Origin: Candidatus Poribacteria bacterium
Lineage (GTDB): Bacteria; Poribacteria; WGA-4E; WGA-3G
NCBI GenBank assembly: GCA_963665235.2
Contig: CAXXLX010000001.1
Span: 3,296,001-3,360,000 of the forward strand
Length of the DNA: 64,000 nucleotides
Direction of reading: 5' to 3'
The notes below the pieces were generated by a model. It saw only the letters and a program-made list of their open reading frames with translations, made no database searches and had not been told where the DNA came from. Made by a program: the position numbers and the translations under genes. Positions 1 through 10,142 of the stretch are shown here, piece by piece (within the stretch, counting starts at the first letter, position 1; the number at the start of each line of letters is the position of its first letter).

Positions 1-1
1 G

Positions 2-652
2 GTGTTTCAGAAGGTGTTTAGTGGCGCGCATACCGGGCCTGCACTCTTCGACCTGCTCGTCAATCCGAAACTGCTTGACATTGCCGAGGCACTTGTTGGG
101 CCAGAAATTATGTGTCACCCCGCCTACCGTGTGCGTCCGAAACTGCCTGAGCATGACCGCACTTTAGTCCCGTGGCATCAAGATGCTGGTTATATGGAGC
201 CTAAATGCGATTCGGTTTTGCAACTTACCATCTGGATTCCGCTAATAGATGCCACCGTTGAAAACGGGTGTATGGAGGTTATCCCGCATGCACATCGCGA
301 TGGTGTGTTCCGACATCGTCATTCTGAACGTTTTTATCTTGAAATACCAGATGATGCATTACCCGAAGTCGAGCCGGTAGTCGTTCCTATGAAGTTTGGC
401 AGTGTGTTGCTGTTTAGCAATCTGACTCCGCACCGCTCCATCCCGAACGTCAGCCATCAGGTCCGCTGGAGTGTGGATACACGTTATCAGGACGCGGCGA
501 AACCGGCAGGTTATCAACCGGAGGCAGGTTTTCTGGCACGCAGCCGACTGCACCCCGAAGATGTTGTTAGGACACCTGAAGAATTTAAGCGGATTCGTGA
601 CGAACATCAACCCGGCCCAGGTCCGAATCGCTGGGCAAAGGAAGCAGAGTGA
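2..652 (+). CDS. Phytanoyl-CoA dioxygenase (PhyH) family Fe(II)/2-oxoglutarate dioxygenase, probably 5'-truncated by the window edge
   Basis: PWHQD (HxD) motif, WIPL...NGCMEVIP segment, distal H in TPHRS, R in VRWSVDTR. Confidence 0.85.
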   Translation: MFQKVFSGAHTGPALFDLLVNPKLLDIAEALVGPEIMCHPAYRVRPKLPEHDRTLVPWHQDAGYMEPKCDSVLQLTIWIPLIDATVENGCMEVIPHAHRDGVFRHRHSERFYLEIPDDALPEVEPVVVPMKFGSVLLFSNLTPHRSIPNVSHQVRWSVDTRYQDAAKPAGYQPEAGFLARSRLHPEDVVRTPEEFKRIRDEHQPGPGPNRWAKEAE

Positions 653-1143
653 TGCAGAATTTCAAACGGTTATTCCTATTTTTAATCGTTCTAATCTGTC
701 TGATGGGCGGTGCCAAACCGACAAATAAAGCGCAGAAACCTAAGGCGGTTAAACTCCACGGTAAAATCGTCTGCTTAGCCGAAGAAATGCACACACATTA
801 CAAGGTTGAACTCTCCGAGGCACATGAACATCTGTACGGCATCAAAACAGCGGATAGCATATACTACACCCTGCTACGGACATCGTTATCCGAGGCACTC
901 TTTGTTGACAAACGATTGCATGAAAAAGACCTCCTCATCGATGCCCGCGTTTTTCCGAAAACACAACTGTTGGAGGTAATCCGTTTCTCTTCTATCAAGG
1001 ATGGCGTTGTGCATGAACTCTACTACTACTGTGACACGTGCTTCATCCGCACTGTTGCCCCGGGCAATTGCGATTGTTGCCAGGCACCGGTTGTGCTCAT
1101 TGAGAAACCGCTAAATGTTGATTCTACAATACCCTCACCATGA
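649..1143 (+). CDS. Exported hypothetical protein with a Cys-rich C-terminal motif
   Basis: Hydrophobic signal-like N-terminus; YYCDTC...GNCDCCQAP; start overlaps the upstream stop. Confidence 0.7.
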   Translation: MMQNFKRLFLFLIVLICLMGGAKPTNKAQKPKAVKLHGKIVCLAEEMHTHYKVELSEAHEHLYGIKTADSIYYTLLRTSLSEALFVDKRLHEKDLLIDARVFPKTQLLEVIRFSSIKDGVVHELYYYCDTCFIRTVAPGNCDCCQAPVVLIEKPLNVDSTIPSP

Positions 1144-1304
1144 ACCGCGGCGGAACTGACCAAGAAGACAACCTGCAGCTGCTTTGTGGTGCCTGCAATT
1201 CAACGAAAGGAAATAGCACACAAGCACAACTAATTGCACGATTAAAGCAGCAAGGGGTTATCAATTTAAATGATTTAATTGCAAATTATTGTGATTTATG
1301 GTAA
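1140..1304 (+). pseudogene. C-terminal fragment of an HNH endonuclease domain
   Basis: Manual translation gives MNRGGTDQEDNLQLLCGACNSTKGN, the GG..NL.LLC..CN..K half of an HNH motif; the upstream DH catalytic part is missing. Confidence 0.65.
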
Positions 1305-1356
1305 CCTTTTAAAAACTACGTTATCGACATCCGTGAGAAACATCAGAGGCCTCACA

Positions 1357-1851
1357 ATGCTGGTATCAGTACACAAAACAGGGAGGAAAACCGTGACGGG
1401 GAAAGAATTATCCCGTGATTTGCTTTCTCTTGAAAAACAGATCACCGCACAGATGGACCTTTGGATAGCGTCTATCGGTATAGATTCGAAAGTCTTAGAA
1501 GAAGCACGTTTTGACGACACCACGGAAGATATAATGACTCCGGAGCAACACGAAATCTATACCGGTTTCGCATATACTATAGGAAATCTAATTCACGATG
1601 CTATTGATTTAGGCAACTTTGAACGCATGAATGAACAGGTGGGTATTTTTGATATAGACAGCCTGCATGAGGCCTTACTGTTTTTGCAAGCGCAAGTGCC
1701 TGTAGACATGATTGAGGATATCGTTGCGGAGTTCAACCAATTATTGCGTTGGTATTCACTTCCATTTAGCGGGTTAGACGCTGCCTTGAAAGAAGCCGAA
1801 AACGTCAGGCAAGAGGCTCTTCGGTCGTGGTCGGCTAAATGGAGGGGTTAG
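1357..1851 (+). CDS. Hypothetical protein
   Basis: ORF 1279-1851; likely ATG at 1357 after GAGG; no recognisable motif. Confidence 0.55.
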   Translation: MLVSVHKTGRKTVTGKELSRDLLSLEKQITAQMDLWIASIGIDSKVLEEARFDDTTEDIMTPEQHEIYTGFAYTIGNLIHDAIDLGNFERMNEQVGIFDIDSLHEALLFLQAQVPVDMIEDIVAEFNQLLRWYSLPFSGLDAALKEAENVRQEALRSWSAKWRG

Positions 1852-1947
1852 ATGAAAGGTATAAGACCGCTTGGCAACAACGAAATCCGAAAAGTTTCCG
1901 AATACTTTGATGAAAACGCGGCTTCTGTAAAGAATAAGTGCGAATAA
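1852..1947 (+). pseudogene. Probable N-terminal stub of a tyrosine recombinase/integrase
   Basis: GGAGG RBS, then MKGIRPLGNNEIRKVSEYF*, which from memory resembles the start of small tyrosine recombinases; only 31 aa. Confidence 0.4.
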
Positions 1948-2033
1948 AAAATTTAACCCCTGTTTCCATTGCGTTTATTGAAACAAGCGCGCACATCTTT
2001 TAACATGAGCAACTACATTAAGGATAACAAACC

Positions 2034-3263
2034 ATGTCATTTAGAGAACCTTATAGATTTAGAGAACCCTTTCTAAGTCGACCCAGAGTCGCCGCAATTG
2101 CGACAGTTTACCACAAATACTCACATGCCCAGCATATCGTCGATCGGTTTTTGGACGGTTACGGCTGGAATAGTCAACACCATTATCCACCCATGGATCT
2201 GGTCTCTCTCTATGTTGAGCAGGTTGGCGAGAACGATTTGAGCCGTGAACGTCTAAAACGTTATCCGTTAGTCGAATCTTATCCCACAATTGCGGAGACA
2301 CTCACCCGCGGGGGCGACACATTAGCGGTCGAGGCTGTCCTGCTTATCGGTGAACATGGCGAATATCCAACAAATGAGAAGGGACAACGTCTCTATCCAC
2401 GCTATGAACACTTCAAAGAGATGGTTAAAGTCTTCGAACAGAGCGGATCCTGTACACCCGTATTTAACGATAAACATCTCTCATGGAATTGGGAGTGGGC
2501 GCGTGAAATGTATGACATCTCTCAATCCATGGGCTTCGCTTTTATGGCGGGCTCCTCACTGCCCGTTACGTGGCGTACCCCATCAATTGACATGCCGCTT
2601 GGCGTATCCGTATCAGAGGCGGTATGTGTCGCTTATGGTGGCGTGGACAGCTACGACTTTCACGGTTTAGAAACCTTACAGTGTATGGTAGAACGGCGCG
2701 AAGGTGGAGAGAGTGGTGTAAAGTGGCTGCAGGCATATCGCGGAGACGCGTTCTGGGAAGCACATCACACCCAACTCTGGTCGCGCGAACTTTTTGAAGC
2801 GGCCCTCTGTCGCAGTCATACCCTTACGCCATCGCGTCCTGGGTTTAACAATCCGTTTCCCACGTTAGACGAAATGAAGCACATCGTAAAAGACCCGATA
2901 GCGTATCACTATGAACATCAGGATGGGCTCAAGTCCACGATGATTCTGATGAACGGGTTAGTGCAGGATTTCAACTTCGCCGCTTACATCGGGGCAGACA
3001 ACGAAATCCTTTCAACCCAGATGTATCTCCCGATGCCGCCTGCCCGCACAACGTTGGCAAACTTCTTCTCACCGCTGGTTAACAACATAGAGAAAATGTT
3101 TCTCACCCGTGAGGCAACCTATCCGGTTGAACGCACCTTGTTGACCACAGGACTTGTCGCGGCAGGGGTTGATAGTCTCTTTGCCGAAGGCGCGAAGCAG
3201 GAGACACCGCATCTAGACATTACCTATCAGTCAACCGAAGAATCAACCTTCTGGAGGACATGA
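2034..3263 (+). CDS. Conserved hypothetical protein, Gfo/Idh/MocA-like Rossmann oxidoreductase fold (paralog 1)
   Basis: SHAQHIVDRF, AVLLIGEHGEYP, PVFNDKHLS, AGSSLPVTWR, FHGLETLQC motifs shared with the next ORF. Confidence 0.7.
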   Translation: MSFREPYRFREPFLSRPRVAAIATVYHKYSHAQHIVDRFLDGYGWNSQHHYPPMDLVSLYVEQVGENDLSRERLKRYPLVESYPTIAETLTRGGDTLAVEAVLLIGEHGEYPTNEKGQRLYPRYEHFKEMVKVFEQSGSCTPVFNDKHLSWNWEWAREMYDISQSMGFAFMAGSSLPVTWRTPSIDMPLGVSVSEAVCVAYGGVDSYDFHGLETLQCMVERREGGESGVKWLQAYRGDAFWEAHHTQLWSRELFEAALCRSHTLTPSRPGFNNPFPTLDEMKHIVKDPIAYHYEHQDGLKSTMILMNGLVQDFNFAAYIGADNEILSTQMYLPMPPARTTLANFFSPLVNNIEKMFLTREATYPVERTLLTTGLVAAGVDSLFAEGAKQETPHLDITYQSTEESTFWRT

Positions 3264-3267
3264 GGAC

Positions 3268-4485
3268 ATGAAACGAATCGCAGTTATCACGACTATCTAT
3301 CGTTATCTATCACACGCGCAGCACTTCGCCGATCGGTTTCTCGTCGGCTATCCGACCGAGGGCAGATGGCACCGCCCGAATATGAAAATTGCCTCCCTAT
3401 ACGTCGACCAAAAACCGGAGGGCGAGCAAAGCATAGACAGGGCAAGAGAGTTCGGATTTTCTGTCTATCCCACGATTGCTGAGGCACTCCGGTGCGGCGG
3501 CGATGAACTCGCTGTGGATGCCGTGCTACTTATCGGAGAACACGGCGATTACCCAAGCAATGAGAAGGGACAAGTGCTGTATCCACGTTATGAATTTTTC
3601 AAGGAGTGTGTCAAAGTTTTTGAAGAGGATGGACGGGCTGTTCCTATCTTCAATGACAAACACCTCTCCTACAGTTTTGAGAAAGCGAAGGAGATGGTAG
3701 ACGATGCACATCGCCTCGGCTTCGGGCTACTTGCGGGTTCATCGCTGCCTGTCACGTGGCGGTTGCCCGATGTAGACGTACCGCTGGATTCCGGCATCGT
3801 CTGCGCGCTGATGATAGGCGTTGGCGGCTCCGATCCGATGGATTATCACGCCTTAGAAGCTATGCAATGCATGATAGAACGCCGAAGAGATGGAGAAACA
3901 GGTGTAACTAGCGTCCAAATGTTAGAGGGAGACGCAGTTTGGGAAGAGGGAAAAACGGGAGCCTTCGCATATCATCTTCTGGAAGCCGCCCTCTCCCGAA
4001 GTGATACGCCGTGCGGTCTAACGCTTGAAGATGGCAGAACGCAGGATCTCCTCGAAACCAGCGTCCCGAACGCTTCACGCAAACCGCAGGGGACAGAAAA
4101 GAGTAAACTTGAGGCATTGGTCGAGAATCCATCCGCCTATCTCATCAATTACGAAGATGGACTACAGGCGGCACTGCTTATGCTCAACGGGGCAGTGCGG
4201 GATTACTGCTTCGCAGCGCAGCTAACAGGGAATCCAGTGCCGGTGTCAACACAGTTCTTCTTACCACCGACACCGAACGTTACCTATTCCGCGTGTCTGA
4301 TTGCCAAAATTGAGGAGCTATTTGAGACAGGTATTGCCCCCTATCCCGCGGAGCGTACCCTATTAGTGAGCGGTATTTTGGAGAGTTGCCTCACATCAAA
4401 GATTCAAGGACATGTGCGTTTGGAAACACCGCATCTTAACGTCACGTACCGCGCCCCTGCGGAGTCGCAACATGCGCGGCGTTGA
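3268..4485 (+). CDS. Conserved hypothetical protein, tandem paralog of 2034-3263
   Basis: Same motifs: AVLLIGEHGDYP, PIFNDKHLS, AGSSLPVTWR, YHALEAMQC. Confidence 0.7.
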   Translation: MKRIAVITTIYRYLSHAQHFADRFLVGYPTEGRWHRPNMKIASLYVDQKPEGEQSIDRAREFGFSVYPTIAEALRCGGDELAVDAVLLIGEHGDYPSNEKGQVLYPRYEFFKECVKVFEEDGRAVPIFNDKHLSYSFEKAKEMVDDAHRLGFGLLAGSSLPVTWRLPDVDVPLDSGIVCALMIGVGGSDPMDYHALEAMQCMIERRRDGETGVTSVQMLEGDAVWEEGKTGAFAYHLLEAALSRSDTPCGLTLEDGRTQDLLETSVPNASRKPQGTEKSKLEALVENPSAYLINYEDGLQAALLMLNGAVRDYCFAAQLTGNPVPVSTQFFLPPTPNVTYSACLIAKIEELFETGIAPYPAERTLLVSGILESCLTSKIQGHVRLETPHLNVTYRAPAESQHARR

Positions 4486-4502
4486 ATGAAATAGGGGGAA
4501 AG

Positions 4503-6122
4503 ATGAGAAGTTTTGGCACACAGGGCCGTGTCCGTCCTGATAAGCATTATGTTGTGCCGCGCACAGCAGAAATCGCCGATTTCATCCGCCGCGTCAAAGA
4601 GGGCAAGTATATTGTGCTCTTCGCGCCACGCCAGACCGGCAAAACCACCTTTTTCCGATTTGCACTATCGGCACTTACAGCAGAAGAGCCTGACTATTTT
4701 CCGATACAGTTGGATTTTCAATCAATGCGTAACGGCTCACCTACTGCGTTTTACGAGGGACTTTCCTATAGGATTCGCTGGCAAATTGAGAGCGTTTTTG
4801 AAAAACGCGGGGGCACGCCTTCCGAAGCGTTAGCGCAGTTTTTGGAGAACACAACACTAACTGATAGTTTGTCAATGCTGATGTTTTTTCGGCAACTTAA
4901 TCGTTTGCTGGACAGCGATGCACACGTGGGGGTATCTGCTTTCAAGCGGGTTGTGCTGCTGATTGACGAGTTTGATGGTATTCCCTCAACTGTCGTTAGC
5001 GATTTTCTTTATGCCCTCCGTGAGATTTACCTCTCGGATGATATGTACTGCCCGCACAGCGTCGGTATTGTCGGCGTTAAAAACATCACACAGCTGGACT
5101 ACGACTCCTCTGTCTCACCTTTCAATATCCAGGATGAGTTCAAGTTACCGAACTTTACACTTGAAGAGGTGCGGGAACTATTCGGGCAGTATACGGCGGA
5201 AGTCGGGCAAGCCTTCGCACCGGAGGTCATCGCCTCCATTCATAAACAGACCGCTGGACAACCGTTCCTGGTCAATCGGTTCGGGCAAATACTCACTGAA
5301 GAATTAGACATTGCGAAAACAGAAACGATTACCCCCGAACATTTTGCGGAAGCACACACACAGCTCCTTGAGGAAGACAACGTCAACCTCCGGCATTTGT
5401 CTACCAATGTCCGCAGAAATCGCCGTTTTGAAACTTTTCTCCTGCGTATTATGGGCAGTGATGAAGGTGTCCGCTTCAATCTACGCGATGACGTTATCAG
5501 CGAATTAGCCACTTATGGGGTCATTACAAAAGGTGCTGACAATATGTGTGAAATAGTGAACCCAATTTATCTGTATTGCATCCTACAGACATTCGAACCT
5601 GCCGTGAATGGATTAGAGGATGAATACTTCGCCGAAGACACCTCCGACGGTTTTCTACACTACCTCACACCTACCGGAGAGATTGCGTTAGAGGCATTGC
5701 TCGACAACTTTCGGGATTTCATTGTGCGTGCCGGTTTCGGTATTCTACAGGTGCCGGATACCCCGCGTGAGTCTGTCGGGAGGTTGCTGCTGCTATCCTA
5801 TCTTGACCAGTTTGTGAAACTTGTCGGTGGGATGATGCACATAGAGGTGCCGACGGGTCGCGGGCGGATGGATTTGCTGATTACGCACAAACAAAAGAAA
5901 TATATCGTGGAAACGAAGGTATGGCGGGGGGCAGCATACTATGAGGCGGGCAAGAAGCAGCTGGCGGCGTATATGAAAACAGAGGGTGTGTTAGAGGGGT
6001 ATTATGTCGTCTTTGACCATCGGCACACACCGATGCCGCTTGTGGAAACAGAAACAGTTGACGATGTCGTAATTCGGAGTTATGTCATTCCTGTGGTACA
6101 GGAACAACCCTCATCTGCCTAA
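4503..6122 (+). CDS. AAA-like ATPase with a C-terminal PD-(D/E)xK nuclease-like domain
   Basis: Walker A APRQTGKTT, Walker B LLIDEFD, C-terminal GRMDLLI...IVETK...QLAAY. Confidence 0.8.
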   Translation: MRSFGTQGRVRPDKHYVVPRTAEIADFIRRVKEGKYIVLFAPRQTGKTTFFRFALSALTAEEPDYFPIQLDFQSMRNGSPTAFYEGLSYRIRWQIESVFEKRGGTPSEALAQFLENTTLTDSLSMLMFFRQLNRLLDSDAHVGVSAFKRVVLLIDEFDGIPSTVVSDFLYALREIYLSDDMYCPHSVGIVGVKNITQLDYDSSVSPFNIQDEFKLPNFTLEEVRELFGQYTAEVGQAFAPEVIASIHKQTAGQPFLVNRFGQILTEELDIAKTETITPEHFAEAHTQLLEEDNVNLRHLSTNVRRNRRFETFLLRIMGSDEGVRFNLRDDVISELATYGVITKGADNMCEIVNPIYLYCILQTFEPAVNGLEDEYFAEDTSDGFLHYLTPTGEIALEALLDNFRDFIVRAGFGILQVPDTPRESVGRLLLLSYLDQFVKLVGGMMHIEVPTGRGRMDLLITHKQKKYIVETKVWRGAAYYEAGKKQLAAYMKTEGVLEGYYVVFDHRHTPMPLVETETVDDVVIRSYVIPVVQEQPSSA

Positions 6123-6176
6123 AAATGGTATAATATCCGATATGTCTATGCGAAGATTGAAACGTACATCTAAATT

Positions 6177-7703
6177 TTGGAGAGGAAAAACAGTGTGGAA
6201 ACCAAATTTCAGGAACTCAAAACCCGTTTGATTGAGGTGAACGATTTACACGCAGCCGCGGGGCTGCTCTATTGGGATCAGGCTACCTATATGCCATCGG
6301 GCGGGGCTACTGCCCGGGCGCGTCAAATTGCAACCCTTAGTCGATTGGCACACCAAAAGTTCACCGATGTCGCTATCGGAGAACTTTTGGACGCGCTAAC
6401 ACCGTATCAAAAGAGCCTCAGTTACGATTCTGACGAAGCCAGCTTACTTCGTCTCACCCGCCGCCGTTATGAAAAGGACATTAAAGTCCCATCAGAATTT
6501 CTGGCGGAGGTGACACCTCATCTGACCGAATCTTATCAGGTTTGGACAGAGGCACGGCCCGAAGACGACTTCGAGCGGGTCCGCCCCTACTTAGAGAAAA
6601 CGTTGGAATATAGCCGCCAATACGCGAATTTCTTCCCCGGCTATGAGCATATTGCTGACCCGCTGATTGACTTAAGGGATTACGGAATGAAGGCGACAGA
6701 GGTGCGCCGCATCTTTTCCGAATTGCGCAACGAGTTGGTGCCGCTCGCTACAGCCATTACCTCACAACCGCCTGCCGATGATTCATATCTGCACAAGCAC
6801 TTTCCAGAAGAGCAACAGTTGGCATTCGGCATGGCAATTGCTGAACAGTTCGGCTACGACCTCAACCGGGGTCGACAGGATAAGACGCATCACCCCTTTA
6901 TGACGAAGTTCTCACTCGGTGATGTGCGCATCACAACCCGCTCCAAAGAGGACAACCTTGGTGAAGCACTGTTCAGCACGTTGCACGAAACCGGACATGC
7001 CCTTTATGAACAGGGTATCCGCATGGAATTTGAAGGTACACCGCTCGCTCGGGGCACCTCATCCGGTGTGCATGAAAGTCAATCGCGGCTCTGGGAAAAT
7101 ATCGTCGGGCGCAGTCGAGGATTCTGGGAATGCTTCTACCCAAAACTTCAGGACACATTTCCTGAGCAGCTCGGCTCTGTCCCTCTGGATGCATTCCATC
7201 GCGCGATTAATAAGGTTGAACGGTCTCTCATCCGTACAGACGCAGACGAGGTTACCTACAATCTGCATGTGATGTTGCGTTTCGATTTTGAGTTAGCACT
7301 GCTAGAGGGTGAGCTGGAAATTCGGGACCTACCTGAAGCATGGCGAGAACGGTTTGAGGCAGATTTTGGCATCGCGCCCCCGGATGACAAGGACGGCGTT
7401 CTGCAAGATGTCCACTGGTACTCCGGGTTCATCGGCGGTTCGTTTCAAGGTTATACATTGGGCAATATCTTAGGCGCGCAATTCTTCGCAACAGCCCTAG
7501 AAGTACACCCTGAAATCTCCTCTGAAATTGAGCAGGGGGAATTTGGCACACTGCACGATTGGCTAAGGACGAACATTTACCAACACGGGTCAAAATATAC
7601 CGCCTCGGAACTCACCAAGCGGGCAACCGGGAAATCGCTCACAATTGAACCGTACATCGCCTATCTCCGAACGAAGTACGGCGAACTGTACGCGCTCAAT
7701 TAG
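6177..7703 (+). CDS. Carboxypeptidase, M32 (Taq) family
   Basis: HETGH zinc motif, HESQSR, HPF, IRTDADE, DGVLQDVHW. Confidence 0.95.
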   Translation: MERKNSVETKFQELKTRLIEVNDLHAAAGLLYWDQATYMPSGGATARARQIATLSRLAHQKFTDVAIGELLDALTPYQKSLSYDSDEASLLRLTRRRYEKDIKVPSEFLAEVTPHLTESYQVWTEARPEDDFERVRPYLEKTLEYSRQYANFFPGYEHIADPLIDLRDYGMKATEVRRIFSELRNELVPLATAITSQPPADDSYLHKHFPEEQQLAFGMAIAEQFGYDLNRGRQDKTHHPFMTKFSLGDVRITTRSKEDNLGEALFSTLHETGHALYEQGIRMEFEGTPLARGTSSGVHESQSRLWENIVGRSRGFWECFYPKLQDTFPEQLGSVPLDAFHRAINKVERSLIRTDADEVTYNLHVMLRFDFELALLEGELEIRDLPEAWRERFEADFGIAPPDDKDGVLQDVHWYSGFIGGSFQGYTLGNILGAQFFATALEVHPEISSEIEQGEFGTLHDWLRTNIYQHGSKYTASELTKRATGKSLTIEPYIAYLRTKYGELYALN

Positions 7704-7722
7704 AAAAAAACGGGAAAAACCG

Positions 7723-8247
7723 ATGATTGCACTTCGGCACATTTTATCTACTGCTCTCTTTTGCGGCCTTCTCATCGGATGCGGGGGTATCAAGCTGATT
7801 GATATACCTAAAAGCACGGATGCCCTGCAACTCACCGCTGCGCAGCAGCAGGAAATTCATCCGAAGCTGAAGCACGTTCGGGACATCGTTGCGGATTACA
7901 ATTTTGAAAAAAAACAGTTGGAGGACGATTATCAGGTGTATCGTGCAACTGTACCACGGCAACAGTTCAGCGGACTTGAGGGGCAGCTCCGAAATACACA
8001 ACGCCGACGTAGCTGGCATGACATGCGAACTAAAATACGGAAATTTCTCACCCAACGCCGTATATTTATGAGAGACATTGAGAAACTGATGAAAGAGGTC
8101 ACGGCAGAACTGACCCCAGAGCAACGCGTTGCACTAACGAACCTCAAGCTGCCTGAATTGAAGCTGCCGAGGATGCTAAAACAGCAACCACAGGCTGACC
8201 TCCGCAGGCTTCCGGAGGATTCGCTTGGCGGATTGAACCGGTTTTAA
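7723..8247 (+). CDS. Hypothetical helical lipoprotein
   Basis: MIALRHILSTALFCGLLIGC lipobox; helical body with LT.EQ motifs (Spy/CpxP-like). Confidence 0.6.
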   Translation: MIALRHILSTALFCGLLIGCGGIKLIDIPKSTDALQLTAAQQQEIHPKLKHVRDIVADYNFEKKQLEDDYQVYRATVPRQQFSGLEGQLRNTQRRRSWHDMRTKIRKFLTQRRIFMRDIEKLMKEVTAELTPEQRVALTNLKLPELKLPRMLKQQPQADLRRLPEDSLGGLNRF

Positions 8248-9209
8248 CCGAGCAACCGTGTAAACAGATGCTCTAAAAACACTACGCTTGAGACATGCTT
8301 GCAAACCGCCGCATTTGGCTGCTCTACGGAATGTCCATCGCGAAGGTCACCAACCGTCATGCCGTTCGTCAAACTGCTTTCGGTTTCAACTTGCACATAA
8401 GTCGCAACGGTCTGAAAATAGCTGGGGTGCGTCAGCATGCCGATAGGGAGTGCATCGTGGACATAAAACCCGTGAAATCCTCTATGTTCCCGGTAAAATT
8501 CCATACATGCCTTTGTGGACTCCTTAAGGAACAGAGCAACCTTGTCGTCTCGTCCAGCAGTTTCGGCGTGCAGCCGTTCACCGGTCAAGGCGACCTGCTG
8601 CGTTGCATCCAGCGGAACGATATCAATCGGCAGCTTGGATTGGAAAACCTCTTGCGCAGCGTGCGGGTCAACGAAAATATTGAATTCGGCTGTTGTTGTA
8701 ACGTTACCGTATACTTCAAACGCGCCGCCCATCACGACAATGCGCCGCACCTGTCGCATCCGTGCCGAATCTTTGCGGAGTGCTTTCGCAATATTTGTCA
8801 AGGGCCCCAGGGCGACCACAATCAGTTCATCCGGATAATGTCCCACCATTTCAAGCAGTGTGTCAACTCCAGGGCGTGATGAAATTTCAGTATCCGCGGG
8901 GGCATAACGGAGGCTACCATCGGTCTCGCGTAATTGACTGACATTGCCCAATCCATCTTCGCCGTGAACATAAGTCGCCATCTCAAGCGGTTTCACAAGT
9001 GGTTCTGCTGCCCCTTTGGCAATAATCGGAAATTTGGGCAAATCCAGCAAACCCAAAATAGTCAGCACATTCTGTGTAGCTTGTTCAACGTGCACGTTAC
9101 CACTGACGGTTGTTATCGCCTCCACCTGTAATTCAGGGGAATTGAGTGCAAGAAGAATCGCAAGCGCGTCATCTAAACCGGGGTCGGTGTCTATAAGAAT
9201 TCGTTGCAT
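8244..9209 (-). CDS. Inosine/uridine-preferring nucleoside hydrolase
   Basis: DTDPGLDDA, VHGEDGLG, LGPLTN, AEFNIFVDP, HDA motifs. Confidence 0.93.
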   Translation of the reverse strand: MQRILIDTDPGLDDALAILLALNSPELQVEAITTVSGNVHVEQATQNVLTILGLLDLPKFPIIAKGAAEPLVKPLEMATYVHGEDGLGNVSQLRETDGSLRYAPADTEISSRPGVDTLLEMVGHYPDELIVVALGPLTNIAKALRKDSARMRQVRRIVVMGGAFEVYGNVTTTAEFNIFVDPHAAQEVFQSKLPIDIVPLDATQQVALTGERLHAETAGRDDKVALFLKESTKACMEFYREHRGFHGFYVHDALPIGMLTHPSYFQTVATYVQVETESSLTNGMTVGDLRDGHSVEQPNAAVCKHVSSVVFLEHLFTRLLG

Positions 9210-9275
9210 TGTTTAGATTCCAGTTTTCACGTTAAGAATTTTCAACATTATACCTTTAAACGGTGATTTTGTCCA

Positions 9276-10052
9276 ATGTTTTCATCTATACCTACTATCT
9301 GCGTTATCGTTTTCCTTATCGTTTGTCTTCCGCTTGCAGCCCAAGTTAACATCTTCACAAGCGAAACAGTGAAGCAGATGCAGTTAGAGCCAGGGTGGTA
9401 TAACCGAATCAACTTGGATTTAGCCTACCGTGCTGGCAATACCGCCCTGCTGTCTCTGACAACGCGATTCCGCACAGACTATCTAGCAAAAACGTATCAC
9501 GGATTCATTTTCGGGAGCTTGCAGCAAGAGCGGAGGAGCGGCACATTTCTCACCAACAAAGGCATGGTACACGGACGAATTATCCGAAAATTCACACAAC
9601 ACCTCCTGCTCGAATCCTTCATCCAGAAACAATTCAACGAATCCATTCTACTAAACGACCGGAACTTAGTAGGCGGCGGTATTCGCTTCGCTACGCATCC
9701 GCCAAAATCCAAATTTAATCTCTACCTCGGCATCGGCGCGATGTGGGAACATGAACGCATCAACGATGCGGAGATAGGCGAAATCACAACCCGTATTATT
9801 CGCTCCACTAACTATATTAACTGGACCGGGCGATTAGATGAACGTATCACCACAAGCGCGACCGGATATTATCAGGTACATGTGGAACGTGTTCAGGATT
9901 ATCGCATCCTCTTTCAGGGGAGCGTCACATTCCGCGTGACAACGAAGTTAGCATTCCCAATTCGTCTAAATTTCCGATACGATAGCGAACCCCCTACCGG
10001 TATTCAAAAACATGATGTAGAAATTTTTAACGGATTAAGTTATACTTTTTAA
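9276..10052 (+). CDS. DUF481-like outer-membrane beta-barrel protein
   Basis: Signal peptide, alternating beta-strand pattern, YDSEPP motif, terminal aromatic residue (LSYTF). Confidence 0.7.
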   Translation: MFSSIPTICVIVFLIVCLPLAAQVNIFTSETVKQMQLEPGWYNRINLDLAYRAGNTALLSLTTRFRTDYLAKTYHGFIFGSLQQERRSGTFLTNKGMVHGRIIRKFTQHLLLESFIQKQFNESILLNDRNLVGGGIRFATHPPKSKFNLYLGIGAMWEHERINDAEIGEITTRIIRSTNYINWTGRLDERITTSATGYYQVHVERVQDYRILFQGSVTFRVTTKLAFPIRLNFRYDSEPPTGIQKHDVEIFNGLSYTF

Positions 10053-10142
10053 GCAACGTAAATCCTGAACGACCGGCTTCTAAAACAAACAGCATTTACA
10101 GGTCCGGTTGACAGTAGAAACCCGACAAAAAGGAGTTAGCTC

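Noticed and set aside
8295-8879. Long antisense or alternative-frame ORFs (for example 8295-8879, 12910-13443, 41156-41827)
   Set aside because: They are shadows of well-supported genes and show no motifs of their own.
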